64,000 bases of DNA from Streptococcus cristatus (GCF_963529205.1 NZ_CAURYF010000003.1:12258-76257), one strand, 5' to 3'. Positions 32,018-43,954 are shown, counted from the first letter of the stretch. The notes: generated from the letters alone by a model not told the origin. Numbers and translations: made by a program.

Positions 32018-33331
32018 ATGGACTTTCCAGTAGGTTTTAAGGAAAAGTATGAGGAGCTCTTGGGTCAGGAAGCAGAGGTTTTTTTTGCGACTTTTGATCA
32101 AGATCCGATTTCAGCTTTTCGCAGCAATCCCTTAAAAGAGAATCAGAAAAATTTTGCAGATGCGATTCCAAATACAGACTGGGGTTATTACGGAAAAGTG
32201 TCTGGGAAGTCGGTGGAACATGTCACGGGGCTGGTTTATTCTCAGGAGCCGGCAGCACAAATGGTTGCCCAGGTTGCAGCACCGGAAAAGGGCATGAAAG
32301 TTTTGGACTTAGCGGCTGCACCAGGTGGAAAATCTACTCATTTACTCTCTTATCTGGGAAATACAGGCTTGCTGGTTTCTAACGAAATCAATGCCAAACG
32401 CAGTAAAATTTTGGTGGAAAACATTGAGCGTTTTGGAGCGCGAAATGTCCTTGTCACCAACGAATCTGCGGATCGATTAGCTAAGGTTTATCAGGGCTAT
32501 TTTGACCTCATTGTTCTGGATGCTCCTTGCTCTGGCGAAGGAATGTTTCGCAAGCAGCCAGATGCTACCCAGTATTGGAGTCCGGAATATCCTGCCCAGT
32601 GTGCGCGTCTCCAGCGAGAAATTCTAGAGGACGCTGTCAAGATGTTGGCAACAGGTGGTCAGTTAGTTTATTCAACTTGCACTTGGGCGCCCGAAGAAAA
32701 TGAAGAAATTGTCGCTTGGCTTTTGGAGAATTTTCCTTTGGACTTGCTTGAAATACCAAAAGTCAATGGCATGGTTGCGGGGATTAATTTCCCAGAAACA
32801 GCTCGGATGTATCCCAACCATTTCAAAGGAGAAGGGCAATTTGTAGCGAAATTTCGCTTTACAGGAAGTCAGTCTGCTAAAAAAATCAAGGCAGTCAAAA
32901 ATAAATTGACAGTTGAGCAGAGAAAACTCTGGCAAGATTTCCAGAAAAAGCATTTAAACATTGAGCTAGAAGGACATTTAGACACTTTTGGGGACAATCT
33001 TTATCTGTTACCAGCTGGACTACCAGACATGTCCAAGCTGAAAATTGCTCGTAACGGCCTATATCTAGGGCAATTTAAGAAAAATCGCTTTGAACCGAGC
33101 TTTGCCTTAGGTTTGGCCTTGAGACCTAGTGAAGTCGTCTCAGTCCTTGAGATTGATGATGAGGCCTTTAGCAAATACGTAGCAGGCGAGACGGTTCAAC
33201 TCTCTCAAAACTATCCAAATGGCTGGTATCAAGTGCTTGCCCAAAGCAACGGTCTGGGGTTTGCAAAAATTACTGGAAATACCTTGAAAAATTATTTCCC
33301 AAAGGGGCTTCGCTTTCGTTCAAAAGACTAG
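32018..33331 (+). CDS. RsmF/NOL1/NOP2 family rRNA m5C methyltransferase
   Basis: DLAAAPGGKS, DAPCSGEG and YSTCT motifs; start moved to ATG 32018. Confidence 0.92.
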   Translation: MDFPVGFKEKYEELLGQEAEVFFATFDQDPISAFRSNPLKENQKNFADAIPNTDWGYYGKVSGKSVEHVTGLVYSQEPAAQMVAQVAAPEKGMKVLDLAAAPGGKSTHLLSYLGNTGLLVSNEINAKRSKILVENIERFGARNVLVTNESADRLAKVYQGYFDLIVLDAPCSGEGMFRKQPDATQYWSPEYPAQCARLQREILEDAVKMLATGGQLVYSTCTWAPEENEEIVAWLLENFPLDLLEIPKVNGMVAGINFPETARMYPNHFKGEGQFVAKFRFTGSQSAKKIKAVKNKLTVEQRKLWQDFQKKHLNIELEGHLDTFGDNLYLLPAGLPDMSKLKIARNGLYLGQFKKNRFEPSFALGLALRPSEVVSVLEIDDEAFSKYVAGETVQLSQNYPNGWYQVLAQSNGLGFAKITGNTLKNYFPKGLRFRSKD

Positions 33332-33427
33332 GCAAAGCCCTCTTTCTATGTTATAGTGGATATAGTGGGGTTTTTAGATTCTTACGATAGATAACCCACT
33401 ATCATTCTCAAGATTTCGAGGAGAAAA

Positions 33428-34312
33428 ATGGTAAAGAAAAAATATAAGCTGATTTTGTCAGCTGTTCTAGTGCTATTTGCAGTTAGCCTCTCTGCCTGTT
33501 CCAGCTGGATTGACCGAGGGGAGTCCATGACTGCCGTTGGTTCGACAGCTCTTCAGCCGCTCGTTGAAGCAGCAGCGGATGAGTTTGGTTCAGCCAACAT
33601 TGGAAAAACGGTCAATGTTCAAGGTGGTGGATCAGGTACGGGCTTGTCTCAGGTTCAGTCTGGTGCGGTTGAAATTGGCAACTCAGATGTCTTTGCTGAG
33701 GAAAAAGAAGGGATTAATGCTTCAGCCCTTGTTGACCACAAAGTAGCAGTTGCTGGAATTGCCGTGATTGTCAATAAAGAAGTGTCTGTCGATAATTTAA
33801 CGGCAGAGCAGCTGCAGAAGATTTTTACCGGTGAAGTGACCAACTGGAAGCAGCTGGGTGGTAAAAATCTAGAGATTTCCATCATCAACCGTGCGGCAAG
33901 CTCTGGCTCTCGAGCTACGTTTGACAGTGTCATTATGGCCGGTAAATCAGCCGTTCAAAGTCAGGAGCAGGATTCAAATGGGATGGTTAAGTCCATTGTT
34001 TCTCAAACACCGGGAGCCATTTCTTATCTGGCCTTTGCTTACGTGGATGATTCTGTCAAGACTTTGAAGCTCAATGGCTACGAACCAACGGCCAAAAATG
34101 TTGCGACCAATGCTTGGCCACTCTGGTCTTATGAGCATATGTATACACTGGGCAAGCCGACTGGTCTTGCAGCAGAGTTTTTGGACTACATGTTGTCAGA
34201 TGAAGTTCAGGATGGAATCGTCTCAGGAATGGGCTATATTTCCATCAAGGAAATGCAGGTCAGCAAGGACGCTGATGGAAATGTTACGAGTTTAAAAGGA
34301 GATAGCAAATGA
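33428..34312 (+). CDS. pstS: Phosphate ABC transporter lipoprotein
   Basis: LSAC lipobox, GSTALQP, GGGSGTG and SGSR. Confidence 0.95.
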   Translation: MVKKKYKLILSAVLVLFAVSLSACSSWIDRGESMTAVGSTALQPLVEAAADEFGSANIGKTVNVQGGGSGTGLSQVQSGAVEIGNSDVFAEEKEGINASALVDHKVAVAGIAVIVNKEVSVDNLTAEQLQKIFTGEVTNWKQLGGKNLEISIINRAASSGSRATFDSVIMAGKSAVQSQEQDSNGMVKSIVSQTPGAISYLAFAYVDDSVKTLKLNGYEPTAKNVATNAWPLWSYEHMYTLGKPTGLAAEFLDYMLSDEVQDGIVSGMGYISIKEMQVSKDADGNVTSLKGDSK

Positions 34313-35226
34313 GAAATGAAGAATTAGCAAAGAAATTACTATCCCCTTCGAAAAACTCTCGTCTGGAAAAATTTGGGAAATATATCACCTTTGCCTGCCT
34401 GTCTTTAATCGTCCTGATTGTAGCCATGATTCTAATCTTTGTAGCACAAAAAGGCTTATCAACCTTCTTTGTCAACGGAGTCAATGTGTTTAAATTTTTA
34501 TTTGGCTCCACTTGGAATCCGTCAGGTAAGGAATTCGGTGCCCTTCCGATGATTTTGGGTTCCTTTATTGTAACGATTTTATCAGCCCTCATCGCAACGC
34601 CATTTGCTATTGGGGCAGCAGTCTTTATGACTGAAGTGTCGCCTAAAGGAGCTAGGATTCTCCAGCCTGCAATCGAACTCTTGGTTGGGATTCCGTCTGT
34701 TGTGTACGGATTTATCGGCTTGCAGGTCGTTGTTCCCTTTGTTCGGACTGTTTTTGGCGGTACCGGATTTGGGATTCTGTCTGGTATTTTCGTACTTTTT
34801 GTCATGATTTTGCCGACAGTAACCTTTATGACGACGGACAGTCTGCGTGCTGTGCCACGTCACTACCGTGAGGCAAGTCTGGCTATGGGTGCAACGCGCT
34901 GGCAGACCATTTGGCGGGTAACGCTAAAGGCTGCTCGCTCTGGTATCTTTACAGCTGTGGTCTTTGGAATGGCACGTGCCTTCGGTGAAGCCTTGGCCAT
35001 TCAAATGGTTGTCGGTAACTCTGCGGTGATTCCAACCTCTTTGACAACACCGGCAGCTACACTGACTTCCGTTTTGACCATGGGAATCGGAAATACCGTT
35101 ATGGGAACAGTGGACAATAACGTTCTTTGGTCTCTGGCTCTGGTGCTCTTGATGATGAGCTTAGCCTTTAACAGTGTCATTAAACTGATTACAAAAGAAA
35201 GAGGTAAGAAAAACTATGCACGCTAA
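34309..35226 (+). CDS. pstC: Phosphate ABC permease
   Basis: [12 protein letters not shown] and EAA-like loop. Confidence 0.95.
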   Translation: MRNEELAKKLLSPSKNSRLEKFGKYITFACLSLIVLIVAMILIFVAQKGLSTFFVNGVNVFKFLFGSTWNPSGKEFGALPMILGSFIVTILSALIATPFAIGAAVFMTEVSPKGARILQPAIELLVGIPSVVYGFIGLQVVVPFVRTVFGGTGFGILSGIFVLFVMILPTVTFMTTDSLRAVPRHYREASLAMGATRWQTIWRVTLKAARSGIFTAVVFGMARAFGEALAIQMVVGNSAVIPTSLTTPAATLTSVLTMGIGNTVMGTVDNNVLWSLALVLLMMSLAFNSVIKLITKERGKKNYAR

Positions 35227-36100
35227 GAAATTAGATAAATTGGCGACTGGTATCCTCTACACGATAGCTGGTATCATTGTTGCCATCCTTGCCTCTCTGA
35301 TTCTTTATATTCTGGTAAGAGGCTTGCCGCATATTTCTTGGTCTTTCCTGACTGGAAAGTCTTCTTCCTATCAGGCTGGCGGTGGTATTGGGATTCAGCT
35401 CTACAATTCCTTCTTCCTGTTGGTGATTACTTTGATTATCTCTGTTCCTCTCTCTATGGGTGCTGGGGTCTATCTGTCAGAGTATGCTAAGAAAGGCCCA
35501 GTAACCAACTTTGTCCGTACCTGTATTGAAATCCTGTCCTCGCTGCCATCCGTGGTAGTCGGACTCTTTGGTTATTTGATTTTCGTTGTCCAGTTTGAGT
35601 ATGGCTTTTCTATCATCTCAGGTGCCTTGGCGCTGACTGTCTTCAATCTGCCTCAGATGACTCGTAATGTCGAGGATAGCTTACGCCACGTTCACCATAC
35701 ACAACGTGAAGCAGGACTGGCTCTGGGAATTTCCCGCTGGGAAACAGTGCTTCATGTGGTCATTCCTGAGGCTCTACCAGGGATTGTGACAGGGATCGTC
35801 CTTGCTTCTGGTCGGATTTTCGGTGAAGCAGCTGCCTTGATCTATACTGCGGGACAATCTGCGCCAGCCCTGGATTGGTCTAACTGGAACATTTTCAGCA
35901 TTACTAGCCCGATTTCGATTTTCCGGCAGGCGGAGACTCTTGCTGTCCATATCTGGAAGGTCAATAGTGAAGGAACCATTCCTGATGGCACTGTGGTGTC
36001 AGCAGGATCAGCAGCGGTGCTTCTGATTTTTATCTTGATTTTCAACTTTGGAGCCCGCAAACTCGGTTCTTACTTGCACAAGAAATTAACCTCTGCATAA
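35216..36100 (+). CDS. pstA: Phosphate ABC permease
   Basis: LSSLPSVVVGLFG and RIFGEAA. Confidence 0.95.
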   Translation: MHAKKLDKLATGILYTIAGIIVAILASLILYILVRGLPHISWSFLTGKSSSYQAGGGIGIQLYNSFFLLVITLIISVPLSMGAGVYLSEYAKKGPVTNFVRTCIEILSSLPSVVVGLFGYLIFVVQFEYGFSIISGALALTVFNLPQMTRNVEDSLRHVHHTQREAGLALGISRWETVLHVVIPEALPGIVTGIVLASGRIFGEAAALIYTAGQSAPALDWSNWNIFSITSPISIFRQAETLAVHIWKVNSEGTIPDGTVVSAGSAAVLLIFILIFNFGARKLGSYLHKKLTSA

Positions 36101-36110
36101 AGGAGAAGCA

Positions 36111-36914
36111 ATGACAGAATATAATTGGAATGAAAAACATATCATTACTTTTCCTGAAGAAAAGGTAGCCCTTTCGACCAAGGATTTGCATGTTTACTAC
36201 GGTAAAAAGGAATCCATCAAGGGTATTGATATGCAGTTTGAAAAGAATAAAATCACAGCTCTGATTGGACCGTCTGGCTCAGGGAAATCGACCTATCTCC
36301 GTAGTCTCAACCGTATGAATGATACGATTGATATTGCCAAAGTAACAGGGCAAATTCTTTACCAAGGAATAGACGTCAATCGGTCTGATATCAACGTTTA
36401 CGAGATGCGTAAGCACATCGGCATGGTTTTTCAACGGCCCAATCCATTTGCCAAGTCTATTTATCGCAACATTACCTTTGCCCATGAACGTGCTGGTGTA
36501 AAAGATAAAAAGATTTTGGATGAGCTTGTTGAAACTTCGCTCAAGCAAGCCGCGCTTTGGGACCAAGTAAAGGATGATCTTCATAAATCAGCCTTGACCT
36601 TGTCAGGCGGCCAGCAGCAACGGCTCTGTATTGCCCGAGCTATTTCGGTCAAGCCAGATATCTTGCTTATGGACGAGCCGGCTTCTGCGCTGGATCCGAT
36701 TGCGACCATGCAGCTAGAAGAAACCATGTTTGAGCTCAAAAAGGACTATACGATCATCATCGTAACTCACAATATGCAGCAGGCTGCCCGGGCCAGTGAC
36801 TACACCGGCTTCTTTTATCTGGGAGATTTGATTGAGTACGACAAGACTGCCAATATCTTCCAAAATGCCAAACTGCAGTCGACCAATGACTATGTTTCTG
36901 GTCATTTTGGTTAG
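36111..36914 (+). CDS. pstB: Phosphate ABC ATPase (first copy)
   Basis: [17 protein letters not shown] and LNRMND. Confidence 0.95.
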   Translation: MTEYNWNEKHIITFPEEKVALSTKDLHVYYGKKESIKGIDMQFEKNKITALIGPSGSGKSTYLRSLNRMNDTIDIAKVTGQILYQGIDVNRSDINVYEMRKHIGMVFQRPNPFAKSIYRNITFAHERAGVKDKKILDELVETSLKQAALWDQVKDDLHKSALTLSGGQQQRLCIARAISVKPDILLMDEPASALDPIATMQLEETMFELKKDYTIIIVTHNMQQAARASDYTGFFYLGDLIEYDKTANIFQNAKLQSTNDYVSGHFG

Positions 36915-36941
36915 AGGTGAAGAAACTAAAGGAATGAACTT

Positions 36942-37700
36942 ATGACAGAACCTATTTTGCAAGTCAAGGACTTGTCGGTTTATTATAATAAAAAGAAAGC
37001 ACTCAATAGTGTCTCCTTGGACTTTATGCCTAATGAAATCACTGCCTTGATTGGACCGTCCGGTTCAGGGAAATCTACCTTGCTTAAGGCTATCAACCGC
37101 ATGGGAGATTTGAATCCTGAAGTCACTACGACAGGCACAGTCATCTATAACGGCCACAATATCTACAGCCCTCGGACAGATACGGTGGAGTTGCGCAAAG
37201 AGATTGGCATGGTTTTCCAGCAGCCTAATCCCTTCCCAATGACCATTTATGAAAATGTTGTCTATGGACTGCGCATCAACGGTGTCAAGGATAAACAGGT
37301 TTTAGATGAAGCGGTAGAGCGATCCTTGATTGGGGCTTCTATCTGGGATGAAGTGAAAGACCGTTTACATGATTCCGCTATTGGTCTCTCTGGTGGTCAA
37401 CAGCAGCGGATTTGTGTAGCACGCGTTTTGGCTACCAGTCCGAAAATTATCCTCTTGGATGAGCCAACGTCAGCGCTAGATCCAATCTCTGCGGGTAAAA
37501 TTGAGGAAACTCTCTATGGACTTAAGGACACCTATACCATGCTCTTGGTGACGCGCTCCATGCAGCAGGCTTCTCGGCTTTCGGATAAAACAGGCTTCTT
37601 CTTAGGTGGTGATTTGATGGAGTTTAATGATACTAAGGAGATGTTCCTCAACCCACAAAATAAGGAAACAGAAGATTATATTACAGGAAAATTTGGATAA
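36942..37700 (+). CDS. pstB: Phosphate ABC ATPase (second copy)
   Basis: [16 protein letters not shown] and YITGKFG. Confidence 0.95.
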   Translation: MTEPILQVKDLSVYYNKKKALNSVSLDFMPNEITALIGPSGSGKSTLLKAINRMGDLNPEVTTTGTVIYNGHNIYSPRTDTVELRKEIGMVFQQPNPFPMTIYENVVYGLRINGVKDKQVLDEAVERSLIGASIWDEVKDRLHDSAIGLSGGQQQRICVARVLATSPKIILLDEPTSALDPISAGKIEETLYGLKDTYTMLLVTRSMQQASRLSDKTGFFLGGDLMEFNDTKEMFLNPQNKETEDYITGKFG

Positions 37701-37708
37701 GGAGTTGA

Positions 37709-38365
37709 ATGATGTTACGATCACAATTTGAAGAAGATTTGGAGAAATTGCACAATCAGTTCTATGCAATGGGACAAGAAGTGCTCTCACAAATCAACCG
37801 CACGGTGCGTGCTTTTGTCACGCATGACCGTGACTTGGCAAAGGAAGTCATCGAAGATGATGCAGAAGTAAATGAATATGAAGTGAAATTGGAAAAGAAA
37901 TCATTTGAAATGATTGCCCTCCAACAACCTGTTTCTCAAGACCTTCGCACTGTCTTGACTGTTCTCAAGGCTGTTTCAGACTTAGAGCGTATGGGAGACC
38001 ATGCGGTATCCATTGCAAAAGCAGCTATTCGTATGAAGGGCGAGCAGCGTATTCCAGCTGTCGAGGAAGAAATTAAAAAGATGGGTCGCGATGTGAAAAA
38101 TTTCGTTGAAGCTGCCCTTGATCTCTACCTGAATGGTTCTGTAGATCAAGCCTATGAAGTAGCAGCCATGGATGAAAAAATCAACCATTATTTTGATAGC
38201 ATTCGTGATCTGGCTACGGAAGAAATCAAGAAAAATCCTGAAGCCATCGTTACAGGCCGTGATTATTTCCAGGTTATTTCTTTCTTGGAACGTATCGGCG
38301 ATTATGCCAAAAACATCTGCGAATGGGTCGTTTACTTTGAAACGGGTAAAATTATTGAATTATAA
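37709..38365 (+). CDS. phoU: Phosphate signalling protein PhoU
   Basis: QQPVSQDLR, DLERMGDH and LERIGD repeats. Confidence 0.96.
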   Translation: MMLRSQFEEDLEKLHNQFYAMGQEVLSQINRTVRAFVTHDRDLAKEVIEDDAEVNEYEVKLEKKSFEMIALQQPVSQDLRTVLTVLKAVSDLERMGDHAVSIAKAAIRMKGEQRIPAVEEEIKKMGRDVKNFVEAALDLYLNGSVDQAYEVAAMDEKINHYFDSIRDLATEEIKKNPEAIVTGRDYFQVISFLERIGDYAKNICEWVVYFETGKIIEL

Positions 38366-38589
38366 TATATGTTAAAGAGACAGGCTAAGCTTGTCTTTTT
38401 TGTTTTGAGGAGAAGAAAAGCTAATGACAGGATGGCTTTAAAATGATTACTTTATGTTTGAAGTCAAAAATCAATTTTGGGTCAGTTGGAATGAGTATAA
38501 AGTCACTAAATATGGTAGAATAGTAAGAGATGAATTTTGAATGGAGGTTGGTTTAATACCAGCCCCTTCAATTAGATGAGGAGAAAAAC

Positions 38590-41133
38590 ATGCAAGCAGT
38601 TGCACATTTTATTGATACTTTTGTTCCAGAGCACTATGATCTCTTTTTGGATTTAAATCGTGCGGATAAGACTTTCTCAGGGAAAGTTACCATTACCGGT
38701 GAAGCTAAAGCTGAGAAAATTTCCTTGCACCAAAAGGATTTGACGATTGAGGCCGTAGAAGTAGATGGACAAGCTCGTCCCTTCACTCTTGATAATGACA
38801 ATGAAGCTCTTTATGTTGAGTTGGAAGCAGCAGGCCCTGTGGAAGTAACCTTGACCTATACAGGTAAGATTACAGATAATATGACAGGGATTTACCCATC
38901 TTACTATACAGTAGATGGAGTGAAAAAAGAGATCATTTCTACGCAGTTTGAGAGCCATTTTGCTCGTGAAGCCTTTCCTAGCGTGGATGAGCCAGAAGCT
39001 AAGGCAACTTTTGATCTGGCCTTGAAATTTGACCAAGCAGAAGGTGAACTTGCCTTGTCTAACATGCCTGAAATCGACGTTGAAAACCGGAAAGCGACTA
39101 GCATTTGGAAGTTTGAAAGAACACCTCGCATGTCTTCCTATCTTTTGGCCTTTGCTGCTGGTGATATGCAAGGTATTACTGCTAAAACTAAAAACGGTAC
39201 TTTGGTTGGTGTTTATGCAACTAAGGCTCACCCAGCTAGCAACTTAGAATTTGCTTTGGACATTGCGGTTCGCTCTATTGAATTTTACGAAGAATATTAC
39301 GGTGTCAACTATCCGATTCCTCAGTCACTGCATGTTGCCTTGCCAGACTTTTCATCTGGTGCTATGGAAAACTGGGGTCTGGTGACCTATCGCGAAATTT
39401 ACCTCTTGGTAGATGAAAATTCTACTGTATCCAGCCGTCAAGATGTGGCACTTGTTATCGCTCATGAGTTGGCTCACCAATGGTTTGGTAACTTGGTCAC
39501 TATGAAGTGGTGGGATGACCTTTGGCTCAATGAAAGCTTTGCCAACATGATGGAATATGTCTGTGTCAATGCGATTGAACCAAGCTGGAATATCTTTGAG
39601 AATTTCCAAACCACAGGTGTTCCTTTGGCACTTAAGCGGGATGCGACAGACGGAGTTCAGTCTGTCCATGTGGAAGTGAAGCACCCCGACGAAATCAATA
39701 CTTTATTTGATCCGGCTATCGTTTACGCCAAGGGAAGCCGCCTTATGCACATGCTTCGTCGTTGGTTGGGTGATGAGGCCTTTGCTAAAGGATTGAACGC
39801 TTACTTTGCTAAACACCAGTATGGAAATACTATCGGTCGTGACCTTTGGAATGCCTTAGGAGCTGCTTCTGGTCGTGATGTAGCAGCCTTTATGGATTCT
39901 TGGCTGGAACAACCAGGCTACCCTGTTTTGACAGCTACAGTAGAAAACGATACGCTCAAACTCTCTCAAAAACAATTCTTTATCGGAGAGTACGAAGATA
40001 AGAAACGCACTTGGGTCTTGCCTTTAAATAGCAACTGGAAAGGTTTACCAGATACGCTGGAGACAGAGACGCTGGAAATTCCAAATTATTCTGCCTTGGC
40101 TGCTCAAAACCAAGGCGCTTTGCGCTTCAATACGGAAAATACGGCCCACTATATCACGGACTATCAAGGTGTCTTGCTTGAGCAGATTTTAGATACCATT
40201 ACAGACTTGGATAGCACCAGCAAGCTTCAAGTAGTGCAAGAGCGTCGTCTCTTGGCTGAAGCAGGCAGCATTTCATTTGCCGATTTGGTTCCAGTTATTG
40301 AAAAACTAACAGAAGAAACCTCTTATTTGGTTGTTTCAGGAGTTAAAGCCGTTTTGAATGGTCTTAAGCTGTTTGTGGACGAAGGAAGCGAGTGCGAGAA
40401 AGCTTATCATGAATTGGTGGTTAAGCTCAGCAAATTCAACTTTGATCGTCTAGGCTTTGAAGCAAAAGAAGGCGAAAATGATGAAGATGAGCTGGTTCGT
40501 CAGATTGTCGTAGGTGGTCTGATTGAAGCTGATGATCAAGCAGCAAGTCAAGAAGCAAGGCGTATTTTTGCTGCTCATCAAAAGAACTTGGAGAAATTGC
40601 CTGCGGCCATTCGCTTGCATATTCTCATCAATCAAATCAAGCATGATGAGAGCAAAGAATTGGCTGACCAATACTTGAATGATTATGTTTCAACAGTTGA
40701 TGGTAGCTTTAAACGCCAATTGGCATCTGCTTTGGCTTATACTAAGGATGCGGAAACGCTTGCTCGTATCTTGGAATCTTTGAAGAACAAAGATATTGTA
40801 AAACCACAAGATTTAGCTATGAGTTGGTATTTCCCTCTCTTAAATCATCAGTTCACTCAAGCTACTGCTTGGACTTGGGCGCGTGAGAATTGGGATTGGA
40901 TTAAGGCGGCTCTGGGTGGCGACATGAGCTTTGATAAATTTGTTATTTATCCAGCTAATGCCTTCAAAACAGTAGAAAGGCTAGCAGAATACAAGGCCTT
41001 CTTTGAGCCACAGTTGGACGATATGGCTATCAGCCGTAACATCAGCATGGGAATTAAGGAAATCGCAGCGCGTGTTGACTTGATTGCCCGTGAAAAAGCA
41101 GCGGTTGAGAATGCAATCAAGGCATCAGTTTAG
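38590..41133 (+). CDS. pepN: M1 aminopeptidase N
   Basis: GAMENWG and HELAH..NE motifs. Confidence 0.96.
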   Translation: MQAVAHFIDTFVPEHYDLFLDLNRADKTFSGKVTITGEAKAEKISLHQKDLTIEAVEVDGQARPFTLDNDNEALYVELEAAGPVEVTLTYTGKITDNMTGIYPSYYTVDGVKKEIISTQFESHFAREAFPSVDEPEAKATFDLALKFDQAEGELALSNMPEIDVENRKATSIWKFERTPRMSSYLLAFAAGDMQGITAKTKNGTLVGVYATKAHPASNLEFALDIAVRSIEFYEEYYGVNYPIPQSLHVALPDFSSGAMENWGLVTYREIYLLVDENSTVSSRQDVALVIAHELAHQWFGNLVTMKWWDDLWLNESFANMMEYVCVNAIEPSWNIFENFQTTGVPLALKRDATDGVQSVHVEVKHPDEINTLFDPAIVYAKGSRLMHMLRRWLGDEAFAKGLNAYFAKHQYGNTIGRDLWNALGAASGRDVAAFMDSWLEQPGYPVLTATVENDTLKLSQKQFFIGEYEDKKRTWVLPLNSNWKGLPDTLETETLEIPNYSALAAQNQGALRFNTENTAHYITDYQGVLLEQILDTITDLDSTSKLQVVQERRLLAEAGSISFADLVPVIEKLTEETSYLVVSGVKAVLNGLKLFVDEGSECEKAYHELVVKLSKFNFDRLGFEAKEGENDEDELVRQIVVGGLIEADDQAASQEARRIFAAHQKNLEKLPAAIRLHILINQIKHDESKELADQYLNDYVSTVDGSFKRQLASALAYTKDAETLARILESLKNKDIVKPQDLAMSWYFPLLNHQFTQATAWTWARENWDWIKAALGGDMSFDKFVIYPANAFKTVERLAEYKAFFEPQLDDMAISRNISMGIKEIAARVDLIAREKAAVENAIKASV

Positions 41134-41191
41134 CCTAATGAAAAGATCAGATTATAATATCTGGTCTTTTTTGTCGTTTAGAATCCCATAG

Positions 41192-41246
41192 TTTCAGTCT
41201 TCTTTAAGAAAAAATTCAGTCCCGTTTAAGCAAGCCACCCTATAAT
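41192..41246 (+). promoter_or_regulatory. CiaR-dependent promoter with four phased half-sites
   Basis: TTTCAG-5-TTTAAG-5-ATTCAG-5-TTTAAG-10-TATAAT. Confidence 0.82.
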
Positions 41247-41352
41247 AATCCTAGCGTGTGAAGGGATGTGGGCTTGTGTATTCAAGCATTATATTACTTC
41301 ATCATGTTAAAATCCATGAAAATATAAAATGTAGAAAGAGGAAAACTTTAAA

Positions 41353-41790
41353 ATGGATATGGAAAAAATGATTGTAGTTAAAAAGAGTACCAAATGGTGG
41401 ATGACAGCAGTAGCTAGTGCATCCTTAGCTGTCGGAGCAATTGGTGGCTATGGAATTGGTGCCTTGACACAGAAAAGCTCGCAACAGAACTCAGTGCAAG
41501 CCACTATGCCTCAGCAAAACAATCAAGATGGTAAGATGCCAGGGCAAGGCGGACAAGCCCCTCAAGGTCAGGGACAGGGAAATGAAAAAGGCATGCCACC
41601 GCAGATGGGTGGACAAAACGGTCAAGGCGGTCCCGGAGGTGGAGGTCAGCCACCACAAGGAAATGGCCATCCAGGAGGACCACAAGAAGGAAATCAATCA
41701 AAAAAGAAGCCATCAAACGCTGACGGCACAACAAAAGATGATAAGAACAGTGAAATAGTCGAAAATAACTCGAAAACAACAAATTCTTAA
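41353..41790 (+). CDS. Membrane-anchored or secreted Gly/Gln/Pro-rich low-complexity protein upstream of ciaR
   Basis: GAGG RBS; basic N-terminus plus hydrophobic helix; G/Q/P-rich core; charged tail. Confidence 0.8.
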   Translation: MDMEKMIVVKKSTKWWMTAVASASLAVGAIGGYGIGALTQKSSQQNSVQATMPQQNNQDGKMPGQGGQAPQGQGQGNEKGMPPQMGGQNGQGGPGGGGQPPQGNGHPGGPQEGNQSKKKPSNADGTTKDDKNSEIVENNSKTTNS

Positions 41791-41910
41791 AGCATTTTCG
41801 ATAAGTCATGATATAATAGAAAAAGATAGGTTAAGATAGCATGAGAAGTGTCTACCATGTCTCTATTTAAACTAAAGAACATAAGCTTTTTCTAAAAAGG
41901 GAGGAACAGG

Positions 41911-42585
41911 ATGATTAAGATTCTATTAGTGGAGGATGACCTCGGTCTGTCAAACTCAGTATTTGATTTTTTAGATGATTTTGCAGATGTTATGCAGGTC
42001 TTTGATGGCGAAGAAGGCTTATACGAGGCAGAAAGTGGCGTGTATGACCTGATTTTGCTAGACTTGATGCTTCCTGAAAAGGATGGCTTCCAAGTGCTCA
42101 AAGAATTGCGTGAAAAAGGGGTAACCACTCCTGTCCTCATCATGACTGCCAAGGAAAGTATCGATGATAAAGGCCATGGTTTTGAACTCGGTGCTGATGA
42201 TTACCTGACTAAGCCTTTTTATCTAGAAGAGCTTAAAATGCGGATTCAGGCCTTGCTCAAACGCTCTGGTAAGTTTAATGAAAATACCCTATCCTATGGT
42301 GATGTGACAGTCAATCTTTCGACCAATTCGACCTTGGTAGATGGAAAAGAAGTTGAGCTATTGGGGAAAGAGTTTGATCTGTTGGTCTACTTCCTTCAGA
42401 ATCAAAATGTCATTTTGCCCAAGACTCAGATCTTCGATCGTTTGTGGGGCTTTGACAGCGATACGACCATTTCTGTGGTGGAAGTCTATGTATCTAAGAT
42501 TCGGAAAAAATTGAAAGGAACGGCTTTTGCGAATAATCTTCAAACCCTTCGCAGTGTCGGTTACATTTTAAAGAATGCTGAATAA
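41911..42585 (+). CDS. ciaR: Response regulator CiaR
   Basis: [33 protein letters not shown]; pepN-ciaRH synteny. Confidence 0.96.
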   Translation: MIKILLVEDDLGLSNSVFDFLDDFADVMQVFDGEEGLYEAESGVYDLILLDLMLPEKDGFQVLKELREKGVTTPVLIMTAKESIDDKGHGFELGADDYLTKPFYLEELKMRIQALLKRSGKFNENTLSYGDVTVNLSTNSTLVDGKEVELLGKEFDLLVYFLQNQNVILPKTQIFDRLWGFDSDTTISVVEVYVSKIRKKLKGTAFANNLQTLRSVGYILKNAE

Positions 42586-43954
42586 ACTCAAAAAAGCCTT
42601 ATATGCGGATGATTTTTCTTATTTCATTCGCTATTTTGGTGTATTCACCCTGATTTTCTCGGCCATGACGCTCATTATTATCCAAGTCATGCGCTCTAGC
42701 CTTTACACGACCGTTGATGATAATCTCAAAAGTCTCAGTCAAAATCCCGCCTGGGTAGCCAATCTAGCCTATCGGACGACGGGGCGGCAATACCAAGAGC
42801 CAGAGAACAAGGATTCAGAGCACAGAGATTCAGAGTCTGTCCAAGCTCATGATATCAAGATTGAGGAACCGGGTAGGGTAAATGTTAGCGCCAATACCTC
42901 AGCTATTCTTTTGAATGATGATTATCAGAATGTATCGGCAAAAAATAGCTTTTTAAACTTTGATGCGATTAAATTTAACAAACGATTTCTTAATCAAATC
43001 AAGCAAATTCAGCTGACCAATAGCTACGGACAGGTCGAGAGTTATCGGGCCTATATGTTTGACATTGATCCAGATGATGAAATTGAAAATGTCAAATACG
43101 CGGTTGTCATGACCAGTATCAGCCAGCTGGAGCAGACTAGCGAAAAGCATGAAAAGCTGATTGCGATTGTCATGATTAGCTTCTGGGGTATTTCCTTGAT
43201 TGCCAGTATCTATCTAGCGCGGATGAGTGTCAAGCCTCTCTTGGACAGCATGCAAAAGCAGAAGTCCTTTGTCGAAAATGCTAGCCACGAATTGCGGACG
43301 CCTCTAGCTGTGCTGCAAAATCGCTTGGAATCTCTCTTCCGTAAGCCTGAAGCTACGATTATGGAGTCTAGTGGGAGTATCGCGTCTAGTTTAGAGGAAG
43401 TACGAAATATGCGTCTATTGACGACCAACTTACTCAATCTAGCAAGGCGAGATGACGGCATCAAGCCAGAATACGGTGAAGTCACGCCAGACTTCTTCAC
43501 GACAGCTTTTTCTAACTATGCTATTATTGCGGAGGAAAGCGACAAGATCTTTGATTTTAAAAATCTGGTTTCAAAATCAATCACGACAGACAAGGTCTTG
43601 CTTAAGCAGGTTATGACCATCCTTTTTGATAATGCCATCAAATACACAGAGGAAGATGGAGAGATCTACTTTGTAGCCTCCGCCAATGATCGGAGCTTGA
43701 CCTTGCGTATTTCTGACAATGGTCCAGGAATTGCGGGCGATGATAAGAAAAAGGTTTTCGATCGTTTTTATCGGGTGGATAAGGCACGGACTCGGCAAAA
43801 GGGTGGTTTTGGATTAGGTCTATCCTTGGCAAAACAAATTGTAGACGCCTTAAAAGGAACCATCACAGTCAAAGACAACAAACCGCGTGGAACCATTTTT
43901 GAAATCAAAGTTCCTCTTAGGTCAGATATTAGAAAACGAATCAGCAAAAGCTGA
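42575..43954 (+). CDS. ciaH: Sensor histidine kinase CiaH
   Basis: [19 protein letters not shown] and GGFGLGL; follows ciaR. Confidence 0.95.
   Translation: MLNKLKKALYADDFSYFIRYFGVFTLIFSAMTLIIIQVMRSSLYTTVDDNLKSLSQNPAWVANLAYRTTGRQYQEPENKDSEHRDSESVQAHDIKIEEPGRVNVSANTSAILLNDDYQNVSAKNSFLNFDAIKFNKRFLNQIKQIQLTNSYGQVESYRAYMFDIDPDDEIENVKYAVVMTSISQLEQTSEKHEKLIAIVMISFWGISLIASIYLARMSVKPLLDSMQKQKSFVENASHELRTPLAVLQNRLESLFRKPEATIMESSGSIASSLEEVRNMRLLTTNLLNLARRDDGIKPEYGEVTPDFFTTAFSNYAIIAEESDKIFDFKNLVSKSITTDKVLLKQVMTILFDNAIKYTEEDGEIYFVASANDRSLTLRISDNGPGIAGDDKKKVFDRFYRVDKARTRQKGGFGLGLSLAKQIVDALKGTITVKDNKPRGTIFEIKVPLRSDIRKRISKS

Noticed and set aside
33362..33402. Hairpin in the pstS leader (and a similar one at about 38537-38571 before pepN)
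   Set aside because: Single stems with no alternative structure or known motif; most likely 5' stabilising hairpins
36111..37700. Duplicated pstB
   Set aside because: Two tandem pstB genes are the normal arrangement of this operon type in Firmicutes
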